This document shows positions 44,990 to 56,700 of a stretch of 64,000 nt of DNA, piece by piece. The translations under genes and the position numbers were made by a program. The notes under the pieces are model-generated. The model saw nothing but the letters and a program-made list of their open reading frames with translations. It ran no database searches and was not told where the DNA came from. This DNA comes from an uncultured Bacteroidota bacterium (lineage in GTDB: Bacteria; Bacteroidota; Bacteroidia; Flavobacteriales_F; PHOS-HE28). Position 1 is the first letter of the stretch. Each line of letters opens with the position of its first letter. Where the stretch lies: assembly GCA_902825795.1 (NCBI GenBank), contig CADECG010000002.1, positions 15,541 through 79,540 of the forward strand, written 5' to 3'.

Positions 44990-47527
44990 TCAGAAGCTGA
45001 AGGTGGCCATTAGGAAGAAGGTGCGGCCGTACATGTAACCGTATTTGCTTGGGAAACGATCAACGTCCTGGCGATCAAAGCGCAATTGCTCGAACCCGCC
45101 GGTAACGAAGTCAGTGACATTGAACAGGTTGTTGACGTTGGCATTCACGGCAACGCGGTACTTGCGCTTGAGCAACCAACTCTTACCGGCGAAGACGTCC
45201 AGTACGAAGGCGCTCTCCAATTTCTCTTGCTCCAACAACGCGTTCACTTGTGGGTCCTCGTCCACGAAGATCTCCGTGGCCTCGGCAGTGCGACGCCCGG
45301 GGTTCGGATCCAGATAGATATCGTCGAAGAAGTTGCCGTTGACACCAGCGAACCAGAACTTGGGAGAGTTGTACTTCAAACCGATGCTGGCGGCAGTTTG
45401 TGGCATGCCCCCCACACGATAGTTCTTCCAGTACACGGTACGGTCGGTGGCCAGTACCTCGCTGCTATTATCGCGCGTGGCCGTTGCGGTGGGGCGGCTG
45501 CTGTACAAGTACTGGCCCTTGGCGTAAACGGCGGTAAGCGTCCATGTGGCGGTGAGATTCGCCTCCGCACCGAATTCAACACCCATGTGCGTTTGGTCCA
45601 CGCCCGTCATCGTGTAATTCACGATGGTGAGGAACTCCTCGTGGAAAAAGCTGCGGCTCCAGATCTGGTCGCTGAATTTCGTGTAGTAGGCGGTGAGGCG
45701 CCCCTTGATCCGCGGTGCTCGAAGCTGGTAGTTGATGTCCGCGCTGGTCACCTTTTCATTCGTGAGGCCGCCGATCACACCATCCTGGTTACGCGCGCTC
45801 AGATAAGCGGAGCGCGGCGCAGGTGGCCGGGTCATGTGGGCAGCGTTCACCGAAACATAGTGTCGCCCGCTCATCTTGTACACCGCACCGGCCTTGGCCC
45901 CATAGTGGAAAAAGCTGTGTGTGTCGCCTTTGCCTTTGCTGGATGTGGGGAAGCGGCCGTTGGCCACATTGCCTTCGCGGAAGAAGCTGGTGTGCGAGAC
46001 GCTCAAGCCCACGTACGCCTCGAGCTTTCGCCACTCTTTCTCCAACTGCCCGAAAGCGTTGATGCTGCTCACATGCAACTCGTAGTCGTACCCGAAGCGG
46101 TCACCTTCCCTTACAACATGGTTGGGGTTCTCAATATCGTTCTGCGCGGCGTTGGGGTCGTCTTGGTCCAATTCTGCGAACTGGTTCAAGTCAACCCAGA
46201 ACTCACCGCCCAGTAGATCCTGCACCAGTTTGTAGTTGTGCGTCACTTGGTTGTTCCAACTGGCTCCTGCGGTAATGTGCATGTCCTGCTTCCAGGCGCG
46301 GTCCCACACCGTGTTCAAACCCCAACGGGTGGGATCCGTGCGTTGCTCCTCCACAATGTATTTGCTGCGCAATCCGCTCACATTATTGCCGGCTATGCCC
46401 TCCGCATTCTCCACGGTGTAAAGATTCTTGCCGTTGGCGAAGTAGAGCTGGTCCCAATTGATCTGCCGGGTGTCGTCATCACTGCCCCAAAGGCTTGCCA
46501 GTTGTGCGGAATAGTCGCCATCGGTCTGCTCGTAATAGCTCGGCAGGTAGCGGTAATAGTCAGGACGGGGATCCTTCGCATCGAACCAGTTGAGGTTGGT
46601 GAGGCCGTCGCGACCGAACGTGTACAACGCGCTCGTGGTCACCTTTCCCTTCTCCCCCAGATCCCAATAATGAGTGAACAGGAAAACCGGTTTGTGATCA
46701 TGGCTCATGCGCGCGTTGCGCTTCTCCCCGTCCTGATAGCCCCAATTGGGATTGTAGTAGTTGTTGCCCGTGAGGTCGCACGCCTCCTGCACAGCGATGC
46801 CTTGACGGCCTTGGATGATGGGTGCACCGAAGTACACGAAGCCAAGGCTATGGCGATCGTTCAATTTCTTCTCCACGCCGAGGAAGTACGCCCAAGCGTC
46901 ATAGCTCGTCCCTTGCACATATCCTTCCTTGGCCCATCGACGGCTGCCACTTACGCTGACCGCCCAGCCGTTCGCCCGCATGCCCGTGTTGTACGTCACC
47001 ATCAGGCGATTGCGGTAGCTACGATCACTGAATGCCAAACTGGTACGCAGACCCTTGCGCAATTCGCTCGGGCGTAAGCCGATCTCCGTGTGCCCTCCCA
47101 CACTGCCGAAGGTCTGCCGCGACGCGGCAACGCCATTGTGTACCCGCATCCAGCGCGTAACATCATTCAAGCCACCCCACAGCGTCCATGGCGCAAACCC
47201 GCTTTCCATGTCGTTGATCATCACGCCGTTCAACGTGACCAACGTGTTCTCACCATCGTACCCCCGAATGCGGAAACGTGCATTCCCGAAGTTGAAGCCT
47301 GCGGTGCTGGTGAAGATGTCGCGGGAACTCTGAAGCACCCCACTGATATCCTGCGCGCCGAGCGAAGCATCCAGTTCCTGCGCATCTATCGCATACATGG
47401 GCATCCGAGCATTCGCAGTCCGGCTCGTATCCACCGGCGCATACAAAGAAGTATCCACTTGCCCGAGCACTGGCGCAGCCAGCACTGCAACAACGAGAAG
47501 TATGCTGGAACGTAAGGATCTGATCAT
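44990..47527 (-). CDS. TonB-dependent receptor
   Basis: Signal peptide. Plug ('ISGVLQSSRDIFTSTAGFNFGNARFRIRGYDGENTLVTLNGVMINDMESG'). ~700-aa barrel ending 'GRTFFLMATFSF'. Confidence 0.85.
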   Translation of the reverse strand: MIRSLRSSILLVVAVLAAPVLGQVDTSLYAPVDTSRTANARMPMYAIDAQELDASLGAQDISGVLQSSRDIFTSTAGFNFGNARFRIRGYDGENTLVTLNGVMINDMESGFAPWTLWGGLNDVTRWMRVHNGVAASRQTFGSVGGHTEIGLRPSELRKGLRTSLAFSDRSYRNRLMVTYNTGMRANGWAVSVSGSRRWAKEGYVQGTSYDAWAYFLGVEKKLNDRHSLGFVYFGAPIIQGRQGIAVQEACDLTGNNYYNPNWGYQDGEKRNARMSHDHKPVFLFTHYWDLGEKGKVTTSALYTFGRDGLTNLNWFDAKDPRPDYYRYLPSYYEQTDGDYSAQLASLWGSDDDTRQINWDQLYFANGKNLYTVENAEGIAGNNVSGLRSKYIVEEQRTDPTRWGLNTVWDRAWKQDMHITAGASWNNQVTHNYKLVQDLLGGEFWVDLNQFAELDQDDPNAAQNDIENPNHVVREGDRFGYDYELHVSSINAFGQLEKEWRKLEAYVGLSVSHTSFFREGNVANGRFPTSSKGKGDTHSFFHYGAKAGAVYKMSGRHYVSVNAAHMTRPPAPRSAYLSARNQDGVIGGLTNEKVTSADINYQLRAPRIKGRLTAYYTKFSDQIWSRSFFHEEFLTIVNYTMTGVDQTHMGVEFGAEANLTATWTLTAVYAKGQYLYSSRPTATATRDNSSEVLATDRTVYWKNYRVGGMPQTAASIGLKYNSPKFWFAGVNGNFFDDIYLDPNPGRRTAEATEIFVDEDPQVNALLEQEKLESAFVLDVFAGKSWLLKRKYRVAVNANVNNLFNVTDFVTGGFEQLRFDRQDVDRFPSKYGYMYGRTFFLMATFSF

Positions 47528-47724
47528 CGTGTGCCGGGCTTCCATGAAAGGGCGCCAAATGTAGCCTTGTCCCAACGCTGGAAACCTGATGCTACCGGCA
47601 CCGGAGCGTTAAGGCTGCATCCGTGTGATGAACAGCAAGACTTGCGTAACACTGCATGGGGGCACGTCCCACGCGCGTACCTGCGCGCGATACCTTCGAC
47701 AGCTTTTTCCGCCCCCTGACCCAC

Positions 47725-50700
47725 ATGGCCCGTTTCCACATTTGGTTGCACCGAACGCTCTTTGCGATCGGCCTGCTTTGCGTGGGGCAGTCGGCGCGCG
47801 CCGGTCACTTTGCGGGTGGTGATATCACTTACGAATGCCTCGGCGGCAATTCGTATGAGATCACGCTGGATCTCTTCCTTGATTGTTCGGGCGCCCCCAT
47901 GATCCCGCAGGATCTGGACTTCAGCAGCGATTGCGGCATATCGTTCACCGTGCTGGCCATGCCGGTACCCGCTCCAGTGGAAGTGAGCCAACTGTGTGCG
48001 GCAGAGCTACCCAACAGCTCGTGCAGTGGGGGGGCATGGCCGGGCATGGAGCACTACGTGTTCACCACGATCGTGAACCTCCCCCCGTGCAACGACTGGA
48101 ACATCAGTTGGGACTTGTGCTGTCGAGCGGGTACGCTCAACCTAACGGGCACGCCGGGCATGTACATCTACGCAAACTTGGATAACGCCACCGCGCCCTG
48201 CAACAACTCGCCGGTGTTCACCGATCAGTCCATTCCGTACGTGTGCGTTGGTCAACCTGTGAATTACAACTATGGTGTCACCGAGCCTGACGGCAACACC
48301 ATTGTGTACTCGTTGAACACCGCGTATTTCGCTGCCGGGTCTCCCGTTCCGTATCAAGTGGGATATACGGGGTTGCTACCCGCCCCGGGCATCACCATCG
48401 ACCCCGCCACGGGTCAGCTCAGTTTCACGCCAGCGTTGATCGGTAACTACGTGGTGGCTGTACTGGTTCAGGAGTTCGATGTGAACGGCGTACTGATAGG
48501 ATCGGTGATGCGCGACCAGATGTTCGTTGTGCTGGCCTGCACGGGTAACGTACCCGTGACAACAGGTATCACCGGTGTGACCGGGGGCGCGGGAACGTAC
48601 TTGGTCACCGGTACGAACTCGATCGAGGTGTGCGATGGTGCAGCCGTTTGCGTGGATGTGGTCTTCAGCGATGCCGACCCGGCCACTGTGTTGCAAGTCG
48701 TATCGCTGGCAACGACACTGCTACCCGGCGCCACTTTCACCGTTACCGGGACTAACCCGGCCACGGCGACCATTTGCTGGACAGCTGACGCGGCATTCTC
48801 ACCAGTGAACGTGCTCATTACCGCGGACGATGGCAACTGTCCGGTGGAGAACATAGCCAGTACGTCCATCAACTTCGTGGTAACCCAAGGCGGTGGAGCG
48901 GCGCCGGATCCCGGTGCCAATGGTTCCGTAACGATCTGCGGGACCGCCGCGCCAATTGACCTCTTCACTGAACTCGGCGGAACACCGGATGTCGGCGGAA
49001 GTTGGACCGCACCGGGCGGTGGCACGCATACAGGCATGTACGACCCTCTCGTGGATGGTCCGGGCATCTACACCTACGCCGTTGGAAACGCCTGTGCAAG
49101 CGCCACAGCCACTGTTACGGTAACGGAAACGGCGGGGCCGAATGCCGGTACGAACGGAACGCTGAACACCTGTACCAATAATCCAGCTTCCAGCCTTTTC
49201 GCCGCGCTCGGTGGAACACCACAAGCCGGTGGTACTTGGACAGCACCGGGTGGTGCCGCGCATGGTGCGAACTATGATCCCGCGTTTGATGGGCCGGGCA
49301 TCTACACCTATACCGTTGCGGGTGTTGCACCCTGTGGGAACGCTACTGCAACGGTCACTGTTACGGAAGTGGCGGGGCCGAATGCCGGAACGAACGGAAC
49401 CCTGACAGTGTGTGCGAATGGCGCTGCCACACCGCTCTTCGCGCAGTTGGGTGGCGCCCCACCGAACACCGGCACTTGGACGAATCCGCTCGGTGTTGCC
49501 CACGGCGTGGGCTTCAACCCGAACTACAACCCCGTTACGCACAACCCGGGCGTTTACACCTACACCGTTCCGGGTGTAGCCCCCTGCGCGGCGGCCACAT
49601 CAACAGTAACCGTAACGGAAGTACCGCTGCCAGATGCCGGAACGAATGGAACGCTCAACCTCTGCGCGAATGCATTGCCCGCGGACATGTTCGCCTCGCT
49701 TGGTGGCACGCCACAAGCAGGCGGATGGTGGACCGCACCGGGTGGTGCGGTGCATGGCGCGAACTATGATCCCGCCGTTGATGCACCTGGCATCTATGTC
49801 TATCACGTTGCCGCTCCGCCATGTGCAAGTGCTACTGCAACAGTCACCGTTACTGAGACCGCTGCCCCTAATGCAGGCACGAATGGGACTTTGACCCTGT
49901 GCTCCAATAGCGCTTCGACGAACATGTTCGCTTCGCTTGGTGGCGGACCCCAAGCAGGTGGAACATGGACCGCGCCCGGCGGTGCAGCGCACGCGGCCGC
50001 GTACAACCCGGCCGTGGATGCCCCGGGCATATACACGTATACCGTAGGTGCAGGTGGTCCCTGCGGCAGTTCATCGAGCACGGTTACGGTGACCGAGAAC
50101 CCGGCAACGAACGCGGGAACGAACGGGACGCTTACGATCTGTTCCAACAGCGTCGCGGTTGCGCTCTTTGCATCGCTCGGTGGTACGCCGCAAGCGGGTG
50201 GTGCTTGGACCGCCCCCGGTGGCGTTGCCCATGGTGCGAACTACGATCCAGCGCTTGATGCACCCGGCGTTTACACATACACAGTTACGGGAGTTGCTCC
50301 CTGTGCGAACGGTACCGCGACTGTTACGGTCACCGAGAACCCGGCAACGAATTCCGGTACCAACGGTACGCTTACGATCTGTTCAAACGGCGCCTCGGTT
50401 GCGCTCTTCGCCTCGCTCGGTGGTGCGCCACAAGGTGGTGGCGCTTGGACCGCCCCGGGCGGTGCAGCGCATGGCGCGAACTACGATCCAGCGGTCGATG
50501 CACCAGGTATCTACACATACACGGTAACAGGTGCAGCACCGTGCGCGAATGCGACAGCAACGGTAACGGTAGCGGAGAATCCAGCAACGAACGCAGGAAC
50601 GAATGGGACGCTTACGATCTGTTCCAACGGTGCTGCGGTTGCGCTTTTTGCTTCGCTCGGTGGCACGCCGCAACTGGGCGGTGCTTGGACCGCTCCGGGC

Positions 50701-53700
50701 GGTGCAGCGCACGGCATCAACTACGATCCAACCGTTGATGCACCGGGCATCTATACGTATACGGTGGCTGGTGTTGCACCATGCGCGAACGCAGTGGCAA
50801 CGGTCACCGTTACCGAGAACCCGGCAACGAATGCTGGGACAAACGGCACGCTCACGATCTGCTCGAACGGTGCTGCGGTTGCGCTCCTTGCATCGCTCGG
50901 TGGTACACCGCAAGCGGGCGGTGCATGGACCGCTCCCGGTGGCGCAGCGCACGGCGCGAACTATGATCCAGTGGTCGATGCACCGGGCATCTATACCTAC
51001 ACCGTTGCTGGAGTTGCACCATGCGCGAATGCTGCGGCAACGGTCACCGTTACCGAGAACCAGGCAACGAATGCCGGGATCAACGGCACGCTGACGATCT
51101 GTTCGAACGGTGCCGCGGTTGCGCTCTTTGCATCGCTTGGTGGTACACCACAAGTTGGTGGAACTTGGACCGCTCCCGGTGGCGCTGCACATGGCGCGAA
51201 CTATGATCCGGTTGTCGATGCACCGGGCATCTACACGTACACAGTGGTCGGTGTCGCACCATGCGCGAACGCAACCACAACGGTCACCGTTACCGAGAAC
51301 CCGGCAACGAATGCCGGGACCAATGGCACGCTCACGATCTGCTCGAACGGTGCTGCCCTCGGCCTCTTAGCCTCACTCGGCGGTACGCCACAAGTGGGTG
51401 GCACATGGACCGCCCCCGGCGGCGCAGCGCACGGTGTGAACTACGAGCCAACGGTTGATGCACCGGGCATCTACACCTACACGGTAACAGGTGTAGCGCC
51501 TTGTACCGACGCAACAGCTGCTGTCACCGTTACTGAAAATCCCGCGACGAATGCAGGTACGAACGGAACACTGACGGTCTGTTCGAACGGTGTTGCAACG
51601 GACATGTTCCTGTCGCTCGGTGGCACACCGCAGGCAGGTGGTGCGTGGACTTCGCCGGGAGGTGTTGCACATGGGGCCAACTACGTACCTGCCATGGATA
51701 CCCCGGGCATCTACACATATACCGTTGCTGGTGTCGCACCGTGTGCGAATGCCACTTCAACGGTTACGGTGACGGAAGATCCAGCACCGAACGCAGGTAC
51801 CAACGGGAACTGGAGTTTGTGCAGTTCAGGTGGGCCGGTGAGCCTCTTCGCTGCGCTTGGCGGTGCGCCACAAGCAGGAGGTACCTGGACCGCTCCCGGT
51901 GGCGTAGCGCATGGTGCCAATTACGATCCAGCAGTGGATGTACCCGGTGTGTACACATACACCCTCCTTGGCATCGCGCCCTGCGCGAACGCGACTTCCA
52001 CCGTAACTGTCACTGAGAGCATTGCATCGACAGCTGGGACGCCCGCTGTGCTGACGCTATGCTCTTCCGATGCTGCCGTCAATTTGTTCGGCCTGCTCGG
52101 CGGCGCACCGCAGGCAGGTGGCAACTGGACCGCTCCTGGTGGTGCTGCTCATGGGCCCAACTACGATCCCGCTATCGACGGTCCGGGGGTGTACACCTAC
52201 ACCATACCAGCTGCCCCACCATGTCCTGCCGTATCCGCAACGGTTACCGTAACGGAGAACTTGGCACCTAACGCTGGCCTCAACGGTGCGCTGGCGATCT
52301 GCGATAATGACCCGATCACTAACCTTTTCTTGTCCCTTGGTGGACTTCCCCAACCAGCTGGAACATGGACCGCGCCGGGAGGAGCCGCACACAGCGGGAA
52401 CTATGATCCCACGATCGACTCACCGGGTTTGTACACGTACACCATTGTCGGGATCGCCCCTTGCACGAATGCCTCGGCAACGGTAACGGTAACTGAGAAC
52501 GCGGCACCGAATGCCGGTAGCGCAGGCGCGCTGACCACTTGCGCCAACAGCGTTGCAGCGGACCTGTTCCTGTCGCTTGGCGGCGCACCCCAGGCAGGTG
52601 GCGCATGGACCGCTCCCGGCGGCGCGGCGCATGGTGCGAACTACGATCCATTGATCGATGCACCTGGTATCTACACATACACAGTAACAGGTGTTGCTCC
52701 CTGCGGCAATGCAACGGCAACGTTAACCGTAACAGAGAACGCGGCGGCCGACGCAGGCACCAACGCAACGTTGACGATCTGCTCGAACAGTGTGCCGGTC
52801 AACATGTTCCTATCACTCGGAGGAGCGCCTCAAGCCGGTGGCACATGGACCGCACCCGGCGGTGCGGCACACGGCGCGAACTATGATCCTACAGTGGATG
52901 CACCCGGCATCTATACCTACACGGTGGTCGGCATCGCGCCGTGCCTGAATGCAACGGCAACGGTCACCGTTACCGAGAATGCGCCACCCGATGCTGGCAC
53001 CAATGGGCCGCTCGCCATCTGTTCCAATTCTATTGCGGCGAACATGTTCTTGTCGCTCGGGGGTTCACCGGATATCGGTGGTGCATGGACCGCACCCGGC
53101 GGTGTAGCGCACGGCGCGAACTATGATCCAGCAGTGGATGCACCGGGCATTTACACCTATACGGTCAACGGTATTGCACCCTGCGCGAATGAAACGGCAA
53201 CGGTAACCGTTACCGAGAACACCGCTCCGAGCGCAGGTTCCAACAGCGCTGTGGTGCTCTGCGATCAAGCCGCACCATCAAACCTGTTCAACGCACTTGG
53301 CGGCGCCCCGACAGCAGGCGGCACATGGACGGCACCCGGTGGCACAGCGCACAGTGGCACGGTTGACCCAGCCGTGGATCCTGCAGGCGTGTACACCTAC
53401 GTCGTACTCGGCATGGCGCCCTGCCCGAACGCAAGTGCAACAATCACCGTCACCATCACCTCCACCCCTGATGCGGGGATCGATGGCACGTTGACGTTGT
53501 GCACGCAAAGTGCGCCAACAGCCTTGTTCGGTTCGCTCGGCGGAACCCCTGATGCCGGTGGCGTTTGGAGCGCTCCCGGTGGCGCCGCGCATAGCGGGGT
53601 GTTCGATCCAGCGACGGATCCAGCAGGTATCTACACCTATGCCATCGCCGCCGTGGCCCCTTGCCCAGGAGCAAGTGCAACCGTAACGGTATCGATCAAC

Positions 53701-56700
53701 GCAGCCCCCGATGCCGGCGCGAACGGGAATCTGAGCGTATGTACCCAAGGTGCTGCGGTCGGTATGTTCGCTTCGCTCGGTGGAAGTCCGGATGCAGGCG
53801 GCGCGTGGACCGCTCCTGGTGGCGCGGCGCACGGTGCTAACTACGATCCAGCTATTGACGCACCGGGCATCTACACATACACCGTTGCAGGTGTTCCCCC
53901 ATGCGCGAACGCAACGGCAACGATTACGGTCGCTGAAGTCGCAGTAGCGAACGCGGGTACGAATGGTGGGATCACCCTCTGTTCCAACAGCGGCGTATCG
54001 AACATGTTCCTTGCACTTGGTGGCGCGCCGCAAGGCGGCGGAACGTGGACCGCACCCGGTGGTGCAGCGCACAGCGCCAACCACGATCCTGCTATCGACG
54101 GCCCCGGCGTCTACACGTACACAGTAGCCGGAACAACGCCATGCCCGAATGCGACGGCCACGGTGACGGTGACCGAGAACGCCGCACCGAGTGCGGGGTC
54201 TGATGCTGCAATGATCGTATGCGATCAGAGCGCACCACAGTCGCTCATCGCTTTCCTCAGTGGGTTCCCACAAGCTGGTGGGAGTTGGACCGCCCCGGGA
54301 GGCGGAGCCCACAGCGGCATCATCGATCCGAGCGTTGATCCTGCGGGCGTTTACACGTACACGGTTGCCGGCTTAGCTCCGTGTACGAATGCAAGCGCAA
54401 CGGTTACTGTAACGATCACCGGTTCGCCCGATGCTGGAACGAATGGAGCATTGACACTGTGCGCGACGGGCGCACCAACATCACTCTTCGCCGCACTCGG
54501 CGGAAGCCCCGATGCAGGTGGCTCATGGACCGACCCCAATGGACTTGCACACGGGCCGAACGTTGATCCATCGGTTGATCCAAGCGGTGTGTACACCTAC
54601 ACCATCGCTGCGATCGCACCATGCCTCGGCGCGACTTCCACCGTAACGGTGACGATCAACGCATTGCCGGATCCCGGCACGAACGGCGCGCTCACCGTCT
54701 GCGATCAAGGTGCGCCGCAAGGTCTGTTCGTTGCACTGGGTGGAACACCCGCCGCTGGCGGAACATGGACCGAACCCGGCGGTGCAGCGCACAGCGGAAC
54801 GATCGATCCGACGGTTGATCCAGCCGGTGTGTACACCTACACGGTTCCGGGCGTTGCACCGTGCGCGAGTGCCAGCGCAACGGTGAACGTAACGATCACA
54901 AGTTCGCCGAATGCCGGCACCAACGGCACCTGGACATTGTGCGAGGACATGGCCCCGACAAGCCTCTTCGCCGCACTCGGTGGAAGCCCCGATGCAGGTG
55001 GCACTTGGACCGACCCCAATGGACTTGCACACGGCCCGAGCGTTGACCCGGCTGTTGATCAAAGCGGTGTGTACACCTACACCATTGCTGCGATCGCACC
55101 ATGCCTCGGCGCGACTTCCACCGTAACGGTGACGATCAACGCATTGCCGGATCCCGGCACGAACGGCGCGCTCACCGTGTGCGATCAAGGTGCGCCGCAA
55201 GGATTGTTCGCAGCACTTGGTGGAAGCCCCACTGTTGGTGGAACATGGACAGCACCCGGTGGTGCGGCACATAGCGGTACGATCGATCCGACCGTTGATC
55301 CAGCAGGCAACTACACCTACACAGTGAACGGCACGGCGCCATGCGGTAGCGCGAGCGCGACGGTGACCGTCACCATTACCAGTTCACCGAATGCCGGCAC
55401 CAACGGAACTTGGACACTTTGCGAGTCGTTCGCTCCGACGTCGCTGTTCGCCGCCCTTGGTGGAAGTCCGGATGCTGGTGGTGCGTGGACCGATCCAAAT
55501 GGTAACGCACATAGTGGCATGGTGGATCCGGCCAACGATCCGAGCGGTGCTTATACATACACCATAGGTGCAGTGCCTCCGTGCTTAGGCGATGCTTCCA
55601 CCGTGATGGTCACCATCAATCCATCGCCCGATCCCGGCATTGATGCCGCCCTCACCGTTTGCGATCAGGGCGCGCCACAATCGCTCTTCGCAGCGCTCGG
55701 TGGAAGTCCGGATGCGGGTGGTGCATGGGCCGATCCCAACGGCAACGTGCACAGTGGAACGATCGACCCCACGGTTGATCCAGCGGGCAACTACACCTAC
55801 ACGGTGAATGGTGTGGCACCTTGCGGCAGTGCGTCGTCGATCGTTGCTGTTACGATCACCGGCTCACCGGATGCGGGCACCAACGGCGCGTGGACGTTGT
55901 GCGAGGACATGGCCCCAACAAGCCTCTTCGCTGCACTCGGCGGAAACCCTGACGCTGGCGGCACTTGGACCGACCCCAATGGACTTGCGCACGGCCCGAA
56001 CGTTGACCCATCAGTTGATCCGAGCGGCGTGTACACCTATACCATCGCTGCGGTTGCCCCATGAGCGGGAGCGACCTCAACCGTGACCGTAACGATCAAC
56101 GCATCCCCGGATCCGGGCACCAACGGCGCGCTCACCGTCTGCGATCAAGGAGCACCGCAAGGGTTGTTCGCTGCCCTTGGTGGAACACCCGCCGTTGGCG
56201 GAACATGGACCGCACCCGGCGGTGCTGCCCACAGCGGAACGATGGACCCCACTGTTGATCCCGCAGGTGTGTACACGTATGCTGTTGCGGGTGTTGCGCC
56301 ATGTGCCAGTGCCAGTGCAACGGTCACCGTAACGATCACCGGTTCGCCGAATGCTGGCACAAGTGCATCACTGGCACTGTGCAGTTTGGATCCCATCACG
56401 GATCTGTTCAATGCACTCGGTGGAAGTCCGGATGCGGGTGGTACATGGACCGACCCGAACGGTCTTTCCCACAGCGGCAACATCGACCCATCAACGGATC
56501 CAGCCGGAACGTACACCTACACGGTTCCTGCCACTTCACCCTGTCTTCCCGCATCTGCTGACATCTCCGTTACTATTGAAAGTGCACCCGAGGCCGGTGT
56601 TGACGGCGCAATTGCTGTATGCACCGGCGATGCTCCGTTCGCGCTGTTCAACCTGCTGGGCGGAACGCCCGATGGCGGTGGAAGTTGGACGGATCCCAAT

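Noticed and set aside
47528-47724. Possible cobalamin or other riboswitch in the leader of the TonB-dependent receptor gene 44990-47527
   Set aside because: No recognisable conserved riboswitch boxes (e.g. a B12 box) were seen by eye. The region is more simply a divergent promoter shared with the giant adhesin gene.
48142-55272. Dozens of 60-270-aa ORFs on both strands inside the giant adhesin gene (e.g. 48468-49067-, 48799-49542-, 50383-51192-, 53278-54312-, 54523-55272-)
   Set aside because: All lie within, or antisense to, the single long repeat-bearing frame. Their Arg/Cys/His-rich translations are typical out-of-frame readings of GC-rich repeats.
56062-56064. TGA at a conserved Cys position interpreted as selenocysteine
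   Set aside because: No SECIS-like stem-loop immediately downstream. A Sec residue in a repetitive surface adhesin would be without precedent. Kept only as a remote alternative in the findings.
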